Part shown: piece after piece, positions 49,498 through 60,031 of the stretch
Layout of the letters: every line of letters starts with the position of its first letter
How positions within the stretch are numbered: position 1 is the first letter of the stretch
Assembly: GCA_963816185.1 (NCBI GenBank)
Contig: CAWFJJ010000001.1
Span: 352,001-416,000, forward strand
Reading direction: 5' to 3'
DNA length: 64,000 bases
From: Thermoanaerobaculia bacterium
Lineage (GTDB): Bacteria > Acidobacteriota > Thermoanaerobaculia > UBA5066
The notes under the pieces: model-generated
What the model saw: only the letters and a program-made list of their open reading frames with translations
Told to the model about the DNA's origin: nothing
The model's database searches: none
Position numbers and translations under genes: made by a program

Positions 49498-50391
49498 TTA
49501 GTCGAGTCTCCATCGATTGTGAAGCCACAGCCATTGCTCCGGGTTTCGGCGAATCATCTGTTCCAGAATCCCGTTGAGGCGGGTGGTGAGCTTCTCGACG
49601 CCGCGTTCCGCCTCGGGAAGCGTGCGGACGTCCAGGGCCGGCTCGAAAGTCAGACGCCAGCGCGCCGGAGCGACGCGAATCGCCGCCGCCGGGATGACGA
49701 GGGCCTCCGTTCGATCCGCGAGCTTCGCGAGCGCCGACGACGTCGCGGTCGGATGGCCGAAGAACGGAGCCGTGACGGCATCCGGCGGGCGCGAGCGCTG
49801 ATCGTTCAGGATTCCGATCGCGCCGCCCCTCCGAAGAACACGCAGCATTTCCCGCGCCGCGTCGCGCTTTGCGATCACGGAGTTCCCCGTGGACGTGCGC
49901 AGGCGGGTGAGCGAGGCATCGAGCAGCGGATTGTCGAGCGGGCGCGCGATGACACTCGACGAAATGCCCAGCGCACCGGTGCCGAGCGCGGCCCATTCCC
50001 AGTTCCCGAGATGTGCGGTGAGGAACAGGACGCCGCGCCCGCTCGCCAGCGCGGCGCGCGCACCATCGGCTCCCTCCGTTTCGATCCGCGAAAGAGCGGC
50101 ATGGGGGTGGTGGCCCATCGCGTGGAGGAGCTCCGCCGCGACGCCGCCGAAATGCTCGAAGACGCGGACGGTAAGGGCGTCGATCCCCGCGGGCGAAAGC
50201 TCTGGATACGCGCGCGAGAGGTTTGCGCGCGCGAGATTCCGGCGGCGGGAATCGATTCTCAGATAGAAGCGGCCGAGGGCGCGGCCGAGGCCCTCAGCGG
50301 CCTCGGGCGTCATCTTCGCGAGAGCGGCACCGGCGGCGCCCGCGGCGAGCGCCTCAAGTCGATTTCGGAACGCGCTGCGCTGCTTCGACAT
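49498..50391 (-). CDS. lpxL: Lipid A late acyltransferase (LpxL/HtrB family)
   Basis: TAHLGNWE, NDQ, PFFG and PEQWLWLHNRWR motifs. Confidence 0.85.
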   Translation of the reverse strand: MSKQRSAFRNRLEALAAGAAGAALAKMTPEAAEGLGRALGRFYLRIDSRRRNLARANLSRAYPELSPAGIDALTVRVFEHFGGVAAELLHAMGHHPHAALSRIETEGADGARAALASGRGVLFLTAHLGNWEWAALGTGALGISSSVIARPLDNPLLDASLTRLRTSTGNSVIAKRDAAREMLRVLRRGGAIGILNDQRSRPPDAVTAPFFGHPTATSSALAKLADRTEALVIPAAAIRVAPARWRLTFEPALDVRTLPEAERGVEKLTTRLNGILEQMIRRNPEQWLWLHNRWRLD

Positions 50392-50397
50392 CGGACC

Positions 50398-51420
50398 TCA
50401 GGAGGGCGGGCGTGCGAGGCGTGCGAGCGCCTCCGCGACGAAGCCGGGCTCCGCGACCGCCATCTCGACGGCGACCCGGAAGAGGGGAAGTCTCAGGCGT
50501 CCCTCCAGCTTGACCGCGTCTTTCTCCGTCGTGATGACGGCGGTCGCTCCGGATTCCTCGGCCGCACGTTCGATCCGGCCGAGCGCGAAGGGGGCATACG
50601 GGTCGTGGTCGCGAAACGTCTCGACGCGAACGGGCGCGATTCCGAGCGAGGCCAGCGTTTCGAGGAATGCGTTCGGGTGCGCGAGGGCCGCGACGGCGAC
50701 CAGCGTCCCGCCCGGCAGGTCTTCCGCGCAGACTTCTTCTCCGGAATCGTCGCGAATGCCGAGGACGCGGGTCGCGGCGTGGTAAACGGGCGCGCCGGGG
50801 GCCCACCGTGCCGCCAGACCGCGCGCGGGGGCGGAGTCCGCCTGCTCGCACTTCGTCACGACGACGAGGTCGGCTCTCTCCAGCGAAGACAGCGGCTCGC
50901 GCAAACCGCCCTGGGGGAGCAGCGCCCCGCCCGCGTCGGGCGCGGTCGCGTCGAGAAGCACCACGTCGAGGTCTCGAGCGAGAGCGACGTGCGAAAAGCC
51001 GTCGTCGAGGAGATGGAGGCCCACGTCCGGCACGAGCGCCTCCACGCGCCGTGCGGCCGCCACGCGGTCGCGGTCGGCCACGATCGGGACGCGAGGAAGC
51101 GCGCGGGCGAGGACGGAGGCTTCGTCCCCGGAATCGCGCACCGAGGCGACGGAGCCCGCGCCATCCGAGACGACGACTGCGCCCCGCGTCGCCCGGCCAT
51201 AGCCGCGCGTGAGAACCGAAGGCCGGATCTTTCGGCCGAGGAGCTCGCCCGCGAGCCACCGCACGAAGGGCGTCTTGCCCGTGCCGCCGGCCGCGAGATT
51301 CCCGACGGAGAGCACGGGCCGCCCCGCCCGCCGAACCCGGAGCAGACCGCGACGATACGCGGCGAGCCGCGCCGACACGGCGGTCCCGTAAAGAGCGGCG
51401 AGCGGCGCGAGGAAGGTCAC
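50398..51420 (-). CDS. lpxK: Tetraacyldisaccharide 4'-kinase
   Basis: SVGNLAAGGTGKTP, RGYG, GDE, DDGF, LRE and TTEKDAVK motifs. Confidence 0.95.
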   Translation of the reverse strand: MTFLAPLAALYGTAVSARLAAYRRGLLRVRRAGRPVLSVGNLAAGGTGKTPFVRWLAGELLGRKIRPSVLTRGYGRATRGAVVVSDGAGSVASVRDSGDEASVLARALPRVPIVADRDRVAAARRVEALVPDVGLHLLDDGFSHVALARDLDVVLLDATAPDAGGALLPQGGLREPLSSLERADLVVVTKCEQADSAPARGLAARWAPGAPVYHAATRVLGIRDDSGEEVCAEDLPGGTLVAVAALAHPNAFLETLASLGIAPVRVETFRDHDPYAPFALGRIERAAEESGATAVITTEKDAVKLEGRLRLPLFRVAVEMAVAEPGFVAEALARLARPPS

Positions 51421-52664
51421 GCGGTCGACGCTCCAGGGAAGGCCAGTTGGAGAGCGGCCTCGGCGGCGGTCCGCGCGGCCCCTGCGTGGCCCGCGAAGAG
51501 GTCGCGCGCGATGGCGATCGCCCGCGAGCGTACGGCCGTGTCGCTGAGGAGAGGCCGAAGCGCCTCGGCCGCCGAACGCGCATCGGCCGCGGCGAAAACG
51601 GCGCCCTCGGCCGCGTCGAGCGCGGAGCGGATGTTTCCCGTCGACGGCCCGTGGACGACCGGCGCCCCCGCGCGGAGCGGCTCGAGGACGTTGTGGCCTC
51701 CCTTGAGCGCGAACGACCCGCCGAGGAGCGCCGCCTCGCCCAGGGCATAAGTCCCCGCGAGCTCGCCGACCGAGTCGAGAAGAAAGACGTCGGCGCGCTC
51801 TCCCTCCGGCGTTTCGGGGCGCGAACGTCGGACGACGGCAAGCCCGTCCGCCCCGGCGCGGCGCGCCGCGGCGTCGAAGGCTTCCGGCTGGCGGGGCGCG
51901 AGGACGAGAAACACGCCGGGCGCGCTCGTCTCGAGCCTGCGTCGCACATCGAGAACGAGCGGAATCTCGCTCTCGGCGATCGAGCCGGCGACGAGGATCG
52001 GACGACCGTCCGCAAGGCGGCGCAAGCGCTCGGCGAACGGCGGCTCGGGCGCGCGGGCGCGGTCGAACTTCAGGTCTCCGCCGACGGCGATGCGCGTAGA
52101 AGGCACGCCGATCTCCTCGAAACGAGAAGCGTCCTCTCTCGTGCGCGCCAGGACGAGCGTGAGCGCGTCCCAGGAACCGCCGAAGAGGCGCGCGATTCGC
52201 CGATAGCGCCGCGCGGATCGCTCGGACAACCGCGCATTCACGACGAGTACCGGGGTGCCGCGGCGCCGCGCCTCACTGAGCACCGCGGGCCAGAGCTCAG
52301 TCTCGACGAGGACCAGGAGACGCGGCTGCGTGGCATCGAAAAATCGGCGGACGGAGGACGGCACGTCGAGAGGGAACGGCCGCCAGGCGCCGCACCACCG
52401 GCGCGAGAGGAGACCCACACCAGCGGGCGTCGTGGACGTGAGCAGGAGCGGCAGACCCGGGTTGAGAGAAGTCAGCAGCTCTGCGAGGGTGATGGCGACC
52501 TCCACCTCTCCCAAGGAGACGCCTTGAATCCAGATCCCGCCGCTCTTTCCAGGTCCCCTGACAGAAGGGAAAAGCCTCGAGAAGATGAGCGGGAAGAGCG
52601 GGGCCTCGGAGGGCAGGGCCGACATCAAATCAAGTCCTGACAAGAATTTATAGCCCCACTCCAC
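51417..52664 (-). CDS. waaA: Kdo transferase
   Basis: WIQGVSLGE, ETELWP, NARLS, GDLKFD and GGHNVLEP motifs. Confidence 0.9.
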   Translation of the reverse strand: MEWGYKFLSGLDLMSALPSEAPLFPLIFSRLFPSVRGPGKSGGIWIQGVSLGEVEVAITLAELLTSLNPGLPLLLTSTTPAGVGLLSRRWCGAWRPFPLDVPSSVRRFFDATQPRLLVLVETELWPAVLSEARRRGTPVLVVNARLSERSARRYRRIARLFGGSWDALTLVLARTREDASRFEEIGVPSTRIAVGGDLKFDRARAPEPPFAERLRRLADGRPILVAGSIAESEIPLVLDVRRRLETSAPGVFLVLAPRQPEAFDAAARRAGADGLAVVRRSRPETPEGERADVFLLDSVGELAGTYALGEAALLGGSFALKGGHNVLEPLRAGAPVVHGPSTGNIRSALDAAEGAVFAAADARSAAEALRPLLSDTAVRSRAIAIARDLFAGHAGAARTAAEAALQLAFPGASTA

Positions 52665-52752
52665 TCGTATCGAGCATTATACTTCGAAGGTCGAGGGGTC
52701 CTTCCGACTGGTAGACGACGACGAGTCCGCAAACGTAAAAGACGCCGAAGCG

Positions 52753-53421
52753 ATGCGTCTCGTCTCGTCTGCTGCCCGTCCGGATAGTTCCGACCCGCAG
52801 GCCGAAGAGTGCGGCCCGCGGATGGTTTCGCTCGGGCCTCCCGGAGCTCCCGCTGAAGAGCGCGCGCTCGCGCGCCGCGCCGCGCGAGGCGACGCCGAGG
52901 CTTTTGCCGAGCTCGTCGCCCGCCGGACGCCAGGCGTCCTGTCGTTTCTCAGGCGGCTTCTGGGAGATGCCGAGGACGCGCGCGACGTCGCCCAGCTCAC
53001 GTTCGTCAGGGTTTGGGAGAACCTCGAGCGGTACGACCCGGCCTACGCGTTCTCGACGTGGCTCTTCCGCATCGCCGGCAATCTCGCGATCGACGCGCTG
53101 CGCGCCCGAGGGACGCGGCAGCGCACGGAAGCCGAGACGTTTCGCCTCGTGAAAGGCGCGCGCACGAGCGCGGAGCCCGACGGCCCCGCTCTTCTCGCCG
53201 AGAGCGAGGTCCGCCGCGTGTTCGAAAGCTGTGCGAGCGCCTTGTCCGCCAAGCAGCGCCTCGTGTTCGTCCTGAGGGAGTTCGAAGACAAGGACAGCAG
53301 CGAGATCGCCGAGATCCTCGGCTGCCGCGAATCGACCGTCCGCAATCACCTCTTCCAGGCCCGGCGCCTCCTGCGCGTCGAGATCCGGAAGCGGTTCCCC
53401 GAGTTCGTGGCGGGGCGCTAG
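52753..53421 (+). CDS. ECF RNA polymerase sigma factor (start may be 52822)
   Basis: DARDVAQLTF, FSTWLFRIAGN and EIAEILGCRESTVRNHLFQAR motifs. Confidence 0.9.
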   Translation: MRLVSSAARPDSSDPQAEECGPRMVSLGPPGAPAEERALARRAARGDAEAFAELVARRTPGVLSFLRRLLGDAEDARDVAQLTFVRVWENLERYDPAYAFSTWLFRIAGNLAIDALRARGTRQRTEAETFRLVKGARTSAEPDGPALLAESEVRRVFESCASALSAKQRLVFVLREFEDKDSSEIAEILGCRESTVRNHLFQARRLLRVEIRKRFPEFVAGR

Positions 53422-53422
53422 G

Positions 53423-54028
53423 ATGAAAACCCCCTGCGCGTCGGCTGCCCGCGTTCTCGCCGCCGTCCGTCTGTCCCTTTCAGAAGAAATCTCTTTCTCT
53501 TCGTCTTCTTCTCTTCCCTCTCTTTCTCCCGAGCTGAAGGCACACCTCGTGTCCTGTGCTTCCTGCGCGGCCGAGGCGCGTGCGCTCGACCCGACGCTTC
53601 TCTTCGTGCCGCTCGGCACATCCTTCGCGGCCGCACCGGCGGCGGAAGACGTGCGTCGCGTGACGGACGACGTCCTCGCCGAAGTACGGCTGCGTTCCCG
53701 CGTCGCCTCTCCTCCGGCAGCGCGCCCCTTTCTCTCGCGCCGCTTTCTACAGGCGGCCGCGCTCGTGGCTCTCGCCGCGGGAGTCTTCGGCGTCGAGGGA
53801 ATCCGCCTCGCCCAAAAGGAGCACGTGGCGGATCTCGCGCCCACGCCGGATGAGAGACGCGACAAAGCGGACACGCCGGATACGCGCGAAGCCTCCGACG
53901 TGCGCCCCCCCGCCCGGCCCCTGATCCAGGATCTGAAGAACCCCGGCGCGCGCGTCTACGAGTTCGCCGCCTCCTCCCCGGGGGAGCCGAACGTCGTCTT
54001 CATCGCGGACCCGCACGCGGATCTCTGA
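53423..54028 (+). CDS. Putative zinc-finger anti-sigma factor
   Basis: HLVSCASC and one TM helix, directly after the sigma factor. Confidence 0.7.
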   Translation: MKTPCASAARVLAAVRLSLSEEISFSSSSSLPSLSPELKAHLVSCASCAAEARALDPTLLFVPLGTSFAAAPAAEDVRRVTDDVLAEVRLRSRVASPPAARPFLSRRFLQAAALVALAAGVFGVEGIRLAQKEHVADLAPTPDERRDKADTPDTREASDVRPPARPLIQDLKNPGARVYEFAASSPGEPNVVFIADPHADL

Positions 54029-54031
54029 GCC

Positions 54032-54778
54032 ATGAGGTTTCGCGCCGCCCGGATCGTCGTCCGGGTCCTCGTCCTGGCTTTCTTGACGCTGCCCGCCGCT
54101 TTGGGAACGCGCGCTCTCGGCGCCCCGCAGGCGCAGACGGTCGTCAAGGTCTTCACGCTGAAGCACCGCAAGGTCGAGGACGCGCTGGCGGTCCTGCGGC
54201 CGCTCCTTTCGGACTCGAACGCCGTGTCCGTCATCCTCGAATCGAACGTGAACACCCTCACCGTTCGGGGGACACCGACGCGCGTCGAGCAGATCACCCG
54301 GGCCGTCGCGGCGTTCGACGTCCCGTTCCGCGCCATCGACATCGCCGTCACGCTTCTGAAGTCCGAGAAGGGGCGGGCCGCCGAGAAGACGAACGTCTCG
54401 GAGGAGATCCGCGGCATCGGCGAGAAGCTCAAGAAGCTCTTCAACGTGACCGATTTCACCCGGCTCGACTCCGTCGTCGTCCAGGGCGTCGAAGGACAGC
54501 GCGTGGCGTACGCCATGGGTGGCGGCTATCGCCTCGCGTTCCTCCTCGAGCCGTCGCGCGACGGCACCCAGGTCCAGCTCCGGGATCTTTCCCTCGAGCG
54601 CGTGCGGCACGAGGCCGGTAAGGAGGTCCGCGGCGAGATCCTCCGGACGTCCATCAACGTCAATCTCGGCCAACCCTACATCCTCGGCGTCGGCCGCGAC
54701 GAGTCCGCTGCGGACAAGCTCTTCGTCGTCATCTTCGCGAACTGGCGCCGGCCCGGGCCGGGAATCTTCCTGAACTGA
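54032..54778 (+). CDS. Exported protein with a secretin N-terminal (NolW-like) domain
   Basis: Signal peptide, then VFTLKHRKVEDALAVLRPLLS...NTLTVRGTP...AAFDVP. Confidence 0.6.
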   Translation: MRFRAARIVVRVLVLAFLTLPAALGTRALGAPQAQTVVKVFTLKHRKVEDALAVLRPLLSDSNAVSVILESNVNTLTVRGTPTRVEQITRAVAAFDVPFRAIDIAVTLLKSEKGRAAEKTNVSEEIRGIGEKLKKLFNVTDFTRLDSVVVQGVEGQRVAYAMGGGYRLAFLLEPSRDGTQVQLRDLSLERVRHEAGKEVRGEILRTSINVNLGQPYILGVGRDESAADKLFVVIFANWRRPGPGIFLN

Positions 54779-56037
54779 TGCCAACGTACGTCTGCCGGGT
54801 CGGAATGGGGGATGGTGCGATCGTCACGCGCGAGATCGACGCGCCCGACGAGAGCGCGCTGAAGGCCGAGGTTGCGCGTCTCGGCGCGAGGCTCTTCTCC
54901 GTGACGGTCGGCGGCGGCGAGACTACCTCAGGCGCGGTCGGCGGCACGCGCTCTTTGGCTGGATTCCTATCGGGTTTCCTTTCGCGCCGCGGCCGCCCGG
55001 TGAAAGCGGCAGAGTTCCTGGTCTTCAACCAGGAGCTCGTCGCGCTCCTGAAGGCCGGACTCCCGATCGTGAACGGCTTCGACATTCTCCTCGAACGCCA
55101 GGAGAATCCGCGTTTCAAGGCGATCCTGAAGGATGTCCGCGACCAGCTCGTCTCGGGGGTCGCGCTTTCGGATGCATTCCTCTCGCACGGCGACGTGTTT
55201 CCGAGGCTCTACGCGACTTCCCTCAAGGCCGGCGAGCGCTCGGGCGAGATCGAAAAAGTGCTCCGCCGCTATCTCGCGTACCAGAAGATCCTCGGCGGGA
55301 TCCGGCGCAAGGTGACGGGAGCTCTCGTCTATCCGGCGGTCCTCATCGCCCTTTCCATCGGGCTCGTCACCATTCTCATGACGTACGTCATCCCGAAGTT
55401 CCGGGAGTTCTTCGCGGGCTTCGAGGCGGGCCGGCTGCCTCTCATCACGCGGGCGGTCGTCGGGACGGCCGACTTCCTGCACGCGCACGTCCTCGTCATG
55501 GCGGCGGCGCTCGCCGTGGCGAGCGTGATTCTCTCTCGTTGGAAGTCGAGCGCAGGGGGGAGCGTCGCCTGGGACGGGTTCCTCCTCAACCTTCCGCTCG
55601 TCGGGACGATCCTCCAGCAGTTCGCGCTCTCGCAATTCTCCCGCTCGCTCGCGACGCTCGTCGGGGCCGGGACGCCGCTCGTGCCCGCGCTCGACATCGC
55701 CTCGGGGGCGGTCGCGAACCGGCGCGTCTCGGGCGCCATCGCCGCCGTCGTTCCTCGCGTCCGCGAGGGCTCGGAGCTGTGGCGAAGCCTCGAGGAGACC
55801 GGCATTTTCACGTCGCTCGCGGTCGAGATGATCAAGGTCGGCGAGGCCACGGGCGCGCTCGAGGAGATGCTCACGAACGTATCGGATTTCTACGACGAGG
55901 CGATCGAAGCCCGGCTCCAGCGCATCGTGACCCTCATCGAGCCGATCATCCTCGTCGTCATGGGAGGCGTCGTCGCGATGATCCTCCTGTCGATCTACCT
56001 GCCCATGTTCACGATCCTCTCCAACATCAAGGCCTGA
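54778..56037 (+). CDS. gspF: Type II secretion/pilus platform protein (GspF/PilC family)
   Basis: FNQELVALLKAGLP, AGERSG and GEATGALE motifs. Confidence 0.85.
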   Translation: MPTYVCRVGMGDGAIVTREIDAPDESALKAEVARLGARLFSVTVGGGETTSGAVGGTRSLAGFLSGFLSRRGRPVKAAEFLVFNQELVALLKAGLPIVNGFDILLERQENPRFKAILKDVRDQLVSGVALSDAFLSHGDVFPRLYATSLKAGERSGEIEKVLRRYLAYQKILGGIRRKVTGALVYPAVLIALSIGLVTILMTYVIPKFREFFAGFEAGRLPLITRAVVGTADFLHAHVLVMAAALAVASVILSRWKSSAGGSVAWDGFLLNLPLVGTILQQFALSQFSRSLATLVGAGTPLVPALDIASGAVANRRVSGAIAAVVPRVREGSELWRSLEETGIFTSLAVEMIKVGEATGALEEMLTNVSDFYDEAIEARLQRIVTLIEPIILVVMGGVVAMILLSIYLPMFTILSNIKA

Positions 56038-56060
56038 CGGGCCGTAAAAGCGGATACCCG

Positions 56061-57695
56061 ATGAGCACGACCAGAGCCCCCTCTCCCGAAGCCGCGATGC
56101 CGCGGTTTCTCGATGCCGCCTCCGAGGAGACGCGCGCCCGCCAGCTCGCGGACCGCCTCGGACTTCCGTACGTCGATCTCTGGACGTTCCGGATCGACGG
56201 CGAGCTCTTCCGGTCGATCCCGCTCGAGTGGATGCTGCGCTTCGAGTTCGTGCCCGAGAAGGCGGAGAACGGCTCCCTTGCGGTGGTCATGGCGGATCCG
56301 GCCGACGTCGTGAAGCGCGACGAGCTCGAGGGGCTCCTCAAGAAGCGGCTCAGGGTCAGGGTCGGGTCGCGGGCCGCCCTGCAGGACATTCTCCAGAAGT
56401 CCGACTCCACGCAGCGCGTGCTCGAGGAGGCGACCGAAGAGTTCCGGATGCAGGTCGTGAGGGAGGACGAGGAGGGCCAGGAGGTCCTCTCGATCGACCG
56501 CATCACGGCCGATGCGAGCCCGATCATCAAGCTCGTCGATTCCGTGCTCTTCAATGCGATCCAGCGCCGCGCTTCGGACATCCACATCGAAACGCAAGAG
56601 CACGTCGTCGTCATCAAGTACCGCATCGACGGCGTGCTCTACCCGGCGATGGAGCCCATCGACAAGAAGCACCACCAGACGATCATCAGCCGCATCAAGG
56701 TCATGTCGGAGCTCGACATCGCCGAGAAGCGCATCCCGCAGGACGGCCGCTTCAAGGTACGCGTCAAGGGCCGCACGATCGACTTCCGCGTCTCGATCAT
56801 GCCGACGGTCCATGGCGAGGACGCGGTCATCCGCATCCTCGACAAGGAGTCCGCGAACGCCGAGTTCAAGAACCTGCGCCTCGACGTCCTCGGGATGGAT
56901 TCCGAGACGATGCGCCGGCTCAGGAAGTTCATCCGCGAGCCGTACGGCATGGTGCTCGTCACCGGGCCGACGGGCTCGGGCAAGACGACGACGCTCTACG
57001 CGTGCCTCTCGGAGATCCAGTCCGTCGAGGACAAGATCATCACGATCGAGGACCCGGTCGAGTACCAGCTCCGCGGCGTGACGCAGATCCCGGTGAACGA
57101 GAAGAAAGGCCTCACGTTCGCCCGCGGTCTGCGCTCCATCCTCCGGCACGACCCCGACAAGGTCATGGTCGGCGAGATCCGCGACGAGGAGACGGCGCAG
57201 ATCGCCGTGCAGGCCGCGCTCACCGGGCACCTCGTCTTCACGACCGTCCACGCGAACAACGTCGTGGACGTCCTCGGCCGCTTTCTCAACATGAAGGTCG
57301 AGCTCTACAACTTCGTTTCGGCCCTCAACTGCATCCTCGCGCAGCGGCTCGTGCGAAAGATCTGCCCGCACTGCCGTTCCGTGTCGACGCCGACCGCGCA
57401 GCTTCTGGAGGAGTCCGCGATCGCGCCCGAGCAGATGGCGGGTGTGACCCTCTACGAAGGCCGCGGGTGCATCGAGTGCAACGGCACTGGTTTTTACGGC
57501 CGGATGGCGATCACCGAGCTCCTCGACCTCTCGGACCGCATTCGGAGCCTCATCCTCGACAAGCGCCCCGCCGCGGAGATCAAGAAGGCAGCGCAGGCAG
57601 AGGGGATGAGCTTCCTGCGCGAGTCGGCGATCAAGAAGGTCCTGGCGGGCCAGACGACGCTTCGGGAGATCAACAAGGTGACCTTCGTTGAGTGA
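56061..57695 (+). CDS. gspE: GspE/PulE family ATPase
   Basis: ASDIHIE, GPTGSGKTTTLY, LRHDPD and a CxxC pair. Confidence 0.9.
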   Translation: MSTTRAPSPEAAMPRFLDAASEETRARQLADRLGLPYVDLWTFRIDGELFRSIPLEWMLRFEFVPEKAENGSLAVVMADPADVVKRDELEGLLKKRLRVRVGSRAALQDILQKSDSTQRVLEEATEEFRMQVVREDEEGQEVLSIDRITADASPIIKLVDSVLFNAIQRRASDIHIETQEHVVVIKYRIDGVLYPAMEPIDKKHHQTIISRIKVMSELDIAEKRIPQDGRFKVRVKGRTIDFRVSIMPTVHGEDAVIRILDKESANAEFKNLRLDVLGMDSETMRRLRKFIREPYGMVLVTGPTGSGKTTTLYACLSEIQSVEDKIITIEDPVEYQLRGVTQIPVNEKKGLTFARGLRSILRHDPDKVMVGEIRDEETAQIAVQAALTGHLVFTTVHANNVVDVLGRFLNMKVELYNFVSALNCILAQRLVRKICPHCRSVSTPTAQLLEESAIAPEQMAGVTLYEGRGCIECNGTGFYGRMAITELLDLSDRIRSLILDKRPAAEIKKAAQAEGMSFLRESAIKKVLAGQTTLREINKVTFVE

Positions 57696-58659
57696 TGGCC
57701 TCAGGAACCCGTTCTCGTCCGCATTCTGGCGGTCGCGGCGACCCCCGCACGCGTTCGTCCTGACGCGCGATCGGCTCGTGTACGTCGGGCCCGCGAATGG
57801 GGCGCGGCGTCCGGCGCTTGCCGCCGCGCCCGCGTTTCGCGTCCTGTCCCGCCCGCTGCCTCCCGACGCTCTCACGCCGGGGCCGGACGGATCACCCCTC
57901 GCGGGGGACGCGCTTTCCGGCGCGCTCCAGCGGCTGCTCGCCGAGGCCGGCACGAAGATTCCGGCCGCGTCGCTCGTGGTACCCGATGGCTGGGTGAAGC
58001 TCCTCGTCATCGACGCGGCGCAGCCCGAGAGGCACGCGCGCGAGGTCGACGACATGCTTCGCTGGAAGTTCGGACGCGCGTTCGGCGAGCCGGTGCCCGA
58101 GCTTCGTCTCCAGTGGCAGCCGGCGGGGGCGGGAGCCGAAGGCACGCGGATCCTTGCGCTCGCCGTGGCCGAACAGGCGGCTTCTTCCTGGGAAGGCCCG
58201 TTCGAGAAGGCGGGCATCCGCATCGGCGCCCTCGAGGCCGCCGCGTTCGCGATCTCCTCGCTGGGCGCCCGGGTCCTGGGCGACGGGTTCCTCGTTTGGA
58301 CCGACGACGAAACGGCCACGACGCTCGTCTACGCCGGGTCCCAGCTCCGTTTCGCGCGGACCCGGCCGTACACCGAGGCGAGCGAGGCGGTCCAGGACGT
58401 CCGCCTCGCGGTCACGTTCGGGACGCAGGACCGGCCGGCGGAGGCGCCGCCCGCGGACATCGCGGGCAGATGCGTGGCGGGCCCGCAGGGGTCCGGGGTT
58501 TTCGAGGCGCTGCGCACCTTCCGCGCGGAGGCGGGAGCTTCGGAGCCGGAGCTTCTCACGCTGTCTCGGCTCGCGCCGGGAGCGACGGTGACGCCGGCCG
58601 CGGCGGCGCAGGACCCCGCTGCTCTCGCCGCCCTCGGCGCTCTCGCGGGGGGCGACTGA
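57688..58659 (+). CDS. PilM/GspL-like cytoplasmic component
   Basis: Position in the operon, overlaps with neighbours, and an actin-like PilM pattern (divergent). Confidence 0.55.
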   Translation: MSDGLRNPFSSAFWRSRRPPHAFVLTRDRLVYVGPANGARRPALAAAPAFRVLSRPLPPDALTPGPDGSPLAGDALSGALQRLLAEAGTKIPAASLVVPDGWVKLLVIDAAQPERHAREVDDMLRWKFGRAFGEPVPELRLQWQPAGAGAEGTRILALAVAEQAASSWEGPFEKAGIRIGALEAAAFAISSLGARVLGDGFLVWTDDETATTLVYAGSQLRFARTRPYTEASEAVQDVRLAVTFGTQDRPAEAPPADIAGRCVAGPQGSGVFEALRTFRAEAGASEPELLTLSRLAPGATVTPAAAAQDPAALAALGALAGGD

Positions 58660-59291
58660 TGCCGGGGCGCTTCAATCTCGCGCGCCGGCCCTTCGTCGAC
58701 ACGCGTCCGGCGAACCTGACGGTGGGCCTTCTCGCAGTGGTCGTGGCCATCCTTTCGTTCGTCGCGGCGCGCACCGTGACCCGCTATTTCACCGACTCCA
58801 GCCGAACGCGTGCATCGATCGCGAGCCTCCAGGCCGAGATCACGAGCCTCGATGAGGCCCGACGGAAAGCCGAGGCGTCTCTGGCGCGGGTCGACGTCGC
58901 GTCGCTGACCGCCGACGTCGACGATGCGAACGAGATCGCTCTGAGGCGTGCCTTTTCGTGGACGCGATTCCTTTCGCGCCTCGAAAAGACCCTCCCGGCC
59001 GACCTGCGCATCGCATCGATCGGCCTCCAGAAGATAACGGGACCCACGCGATCTCCGGTCTCGGAGCGGCGCGCTCCGTCGGAGACGGTTCTCGTGGCGC
59101 TGACCCTCATCTCCCGCGACCCGAACGGCCTGCCGAAGACGATTCGCGCGTTCGACTCCTCGCCGTGGTTCGACAATCCGACGCCCGCGAGCGAGGACCG
59201 TGGGGAGAAGGGCCTGCCGGAGGGCCGCCGGCTCATCCTCACGGTCACGTACCATGACGTCGAGGGCCGTACGGAAGGGCGGCACCCGTGA
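58659..59291 (+). CDS. PilN-like protein
   Basis: FNLARRPF N-terminal motif, TM helix, coiled coil and SWTRFLSRLEKTLP. Confidence 0.7.
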   Translation: MPGRFNLARRPFVDTRPANLTVGLLAVVVAILSFVAARTVTRYFTDSSRTRASIASLQAEITSLDEARRKAEASLARVDVASLTADVDDANEIALRRAFSWTRFLSRLEKTLPADLRIASIGLQKITGPTRSPVSERRAPSETVLVALTLISRDPNGLPKTIRAFDSSPWFDNPTPASEDRGEKGLPEGRRLILTVTYHDVEGRTEGRHP

Positions 59292-60031
59292 GCGCGCCGC
59301 CGCCGACCGCCGTCCGAAAGGCCGGCGAGCGGATCCGCCGCTTCCTGCCCCTCATGCACGCTGGTGGAATCCGCCGGTCGCCATGGCGCGCTCGGTTGCC
59401 GCTCTTCGCGGTGCTCGCCGTCCTCCTCGTCGCCGCCGCGTCCGTGCTGATCGGCTATCACGCGTTCTACGACGAGCGGTTCAGGGCTCTCGAGAGAACG
59501 CGCGCCGAGCTCGCGGCGAAGCGCGATGCGGCCGCCGCGGCGACGCGACGCGTCGTGAAGACCGAAGAGCGCCTGCGCAAGCTGCAAGGGGACCTCGAGG
59601 CGTTCAACCGCGACGTCCTCGGGGAGCGCAAAGAGCGCCTCGCCGCCGTCATAGAGGACGTCTACCACCTCACCGAAAGAGCCGGCACCGTGCCGGGACA
59701 GATCTCGTACTCCTTCGACGAGGTCGGCGCCGCCACGCGCCTCGCCCTCCGCTTCCACGTGCAGGGCCGTTACGCCGACGTCAAGAAGCTCCTCTTCTCG
59801 TTCGAGAACAACCCGCGCTTTCTTCTTCTCGAGACCGTGGCCCTCGCCACCGACGACACCCAGCCCGACGTGCTGCGGCTGAATCTCCAGGTCGCGCACT
59901 ATTTCCGGCCCGACGATTCCGCTGCGCCGCGCCGCGCCGCGCGCGCCCCTCGACGCGCAGGCCCGACGGGCGCGGTGCAGGCGGGTAGCCCGACCGCGGC
60001 CACCACGCCCACGGGCGGAGTTGCGGAATGA
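59288..60031 (+). CDS. PilO/GspM-like protein
   Basis: TM helix, coiled coil and VQGRYADVKKLLFSFEN. Confidence 0.7.
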   Translation: MSAPPPTAVRKAGERIRRFLPLMHAGGIRRSPWRARLPLFAVLAVLLVAAASVLIGYHAFYDERFRALERTRAELAAKRDAAAAATRRVVKTEERLRKLQGDLEAFNRDVLGERKERLAAVIEDVYHLTERAGTVPGQISYSFDEVGAATRLALRFHVQGRYADVKKLLFSFENNPRFLLLETVALATDDTQPDVLRLNLQVAHYFRPDDSAAPRRAARAPRRAGPTGAVQAGSPTAATTPTGGVAE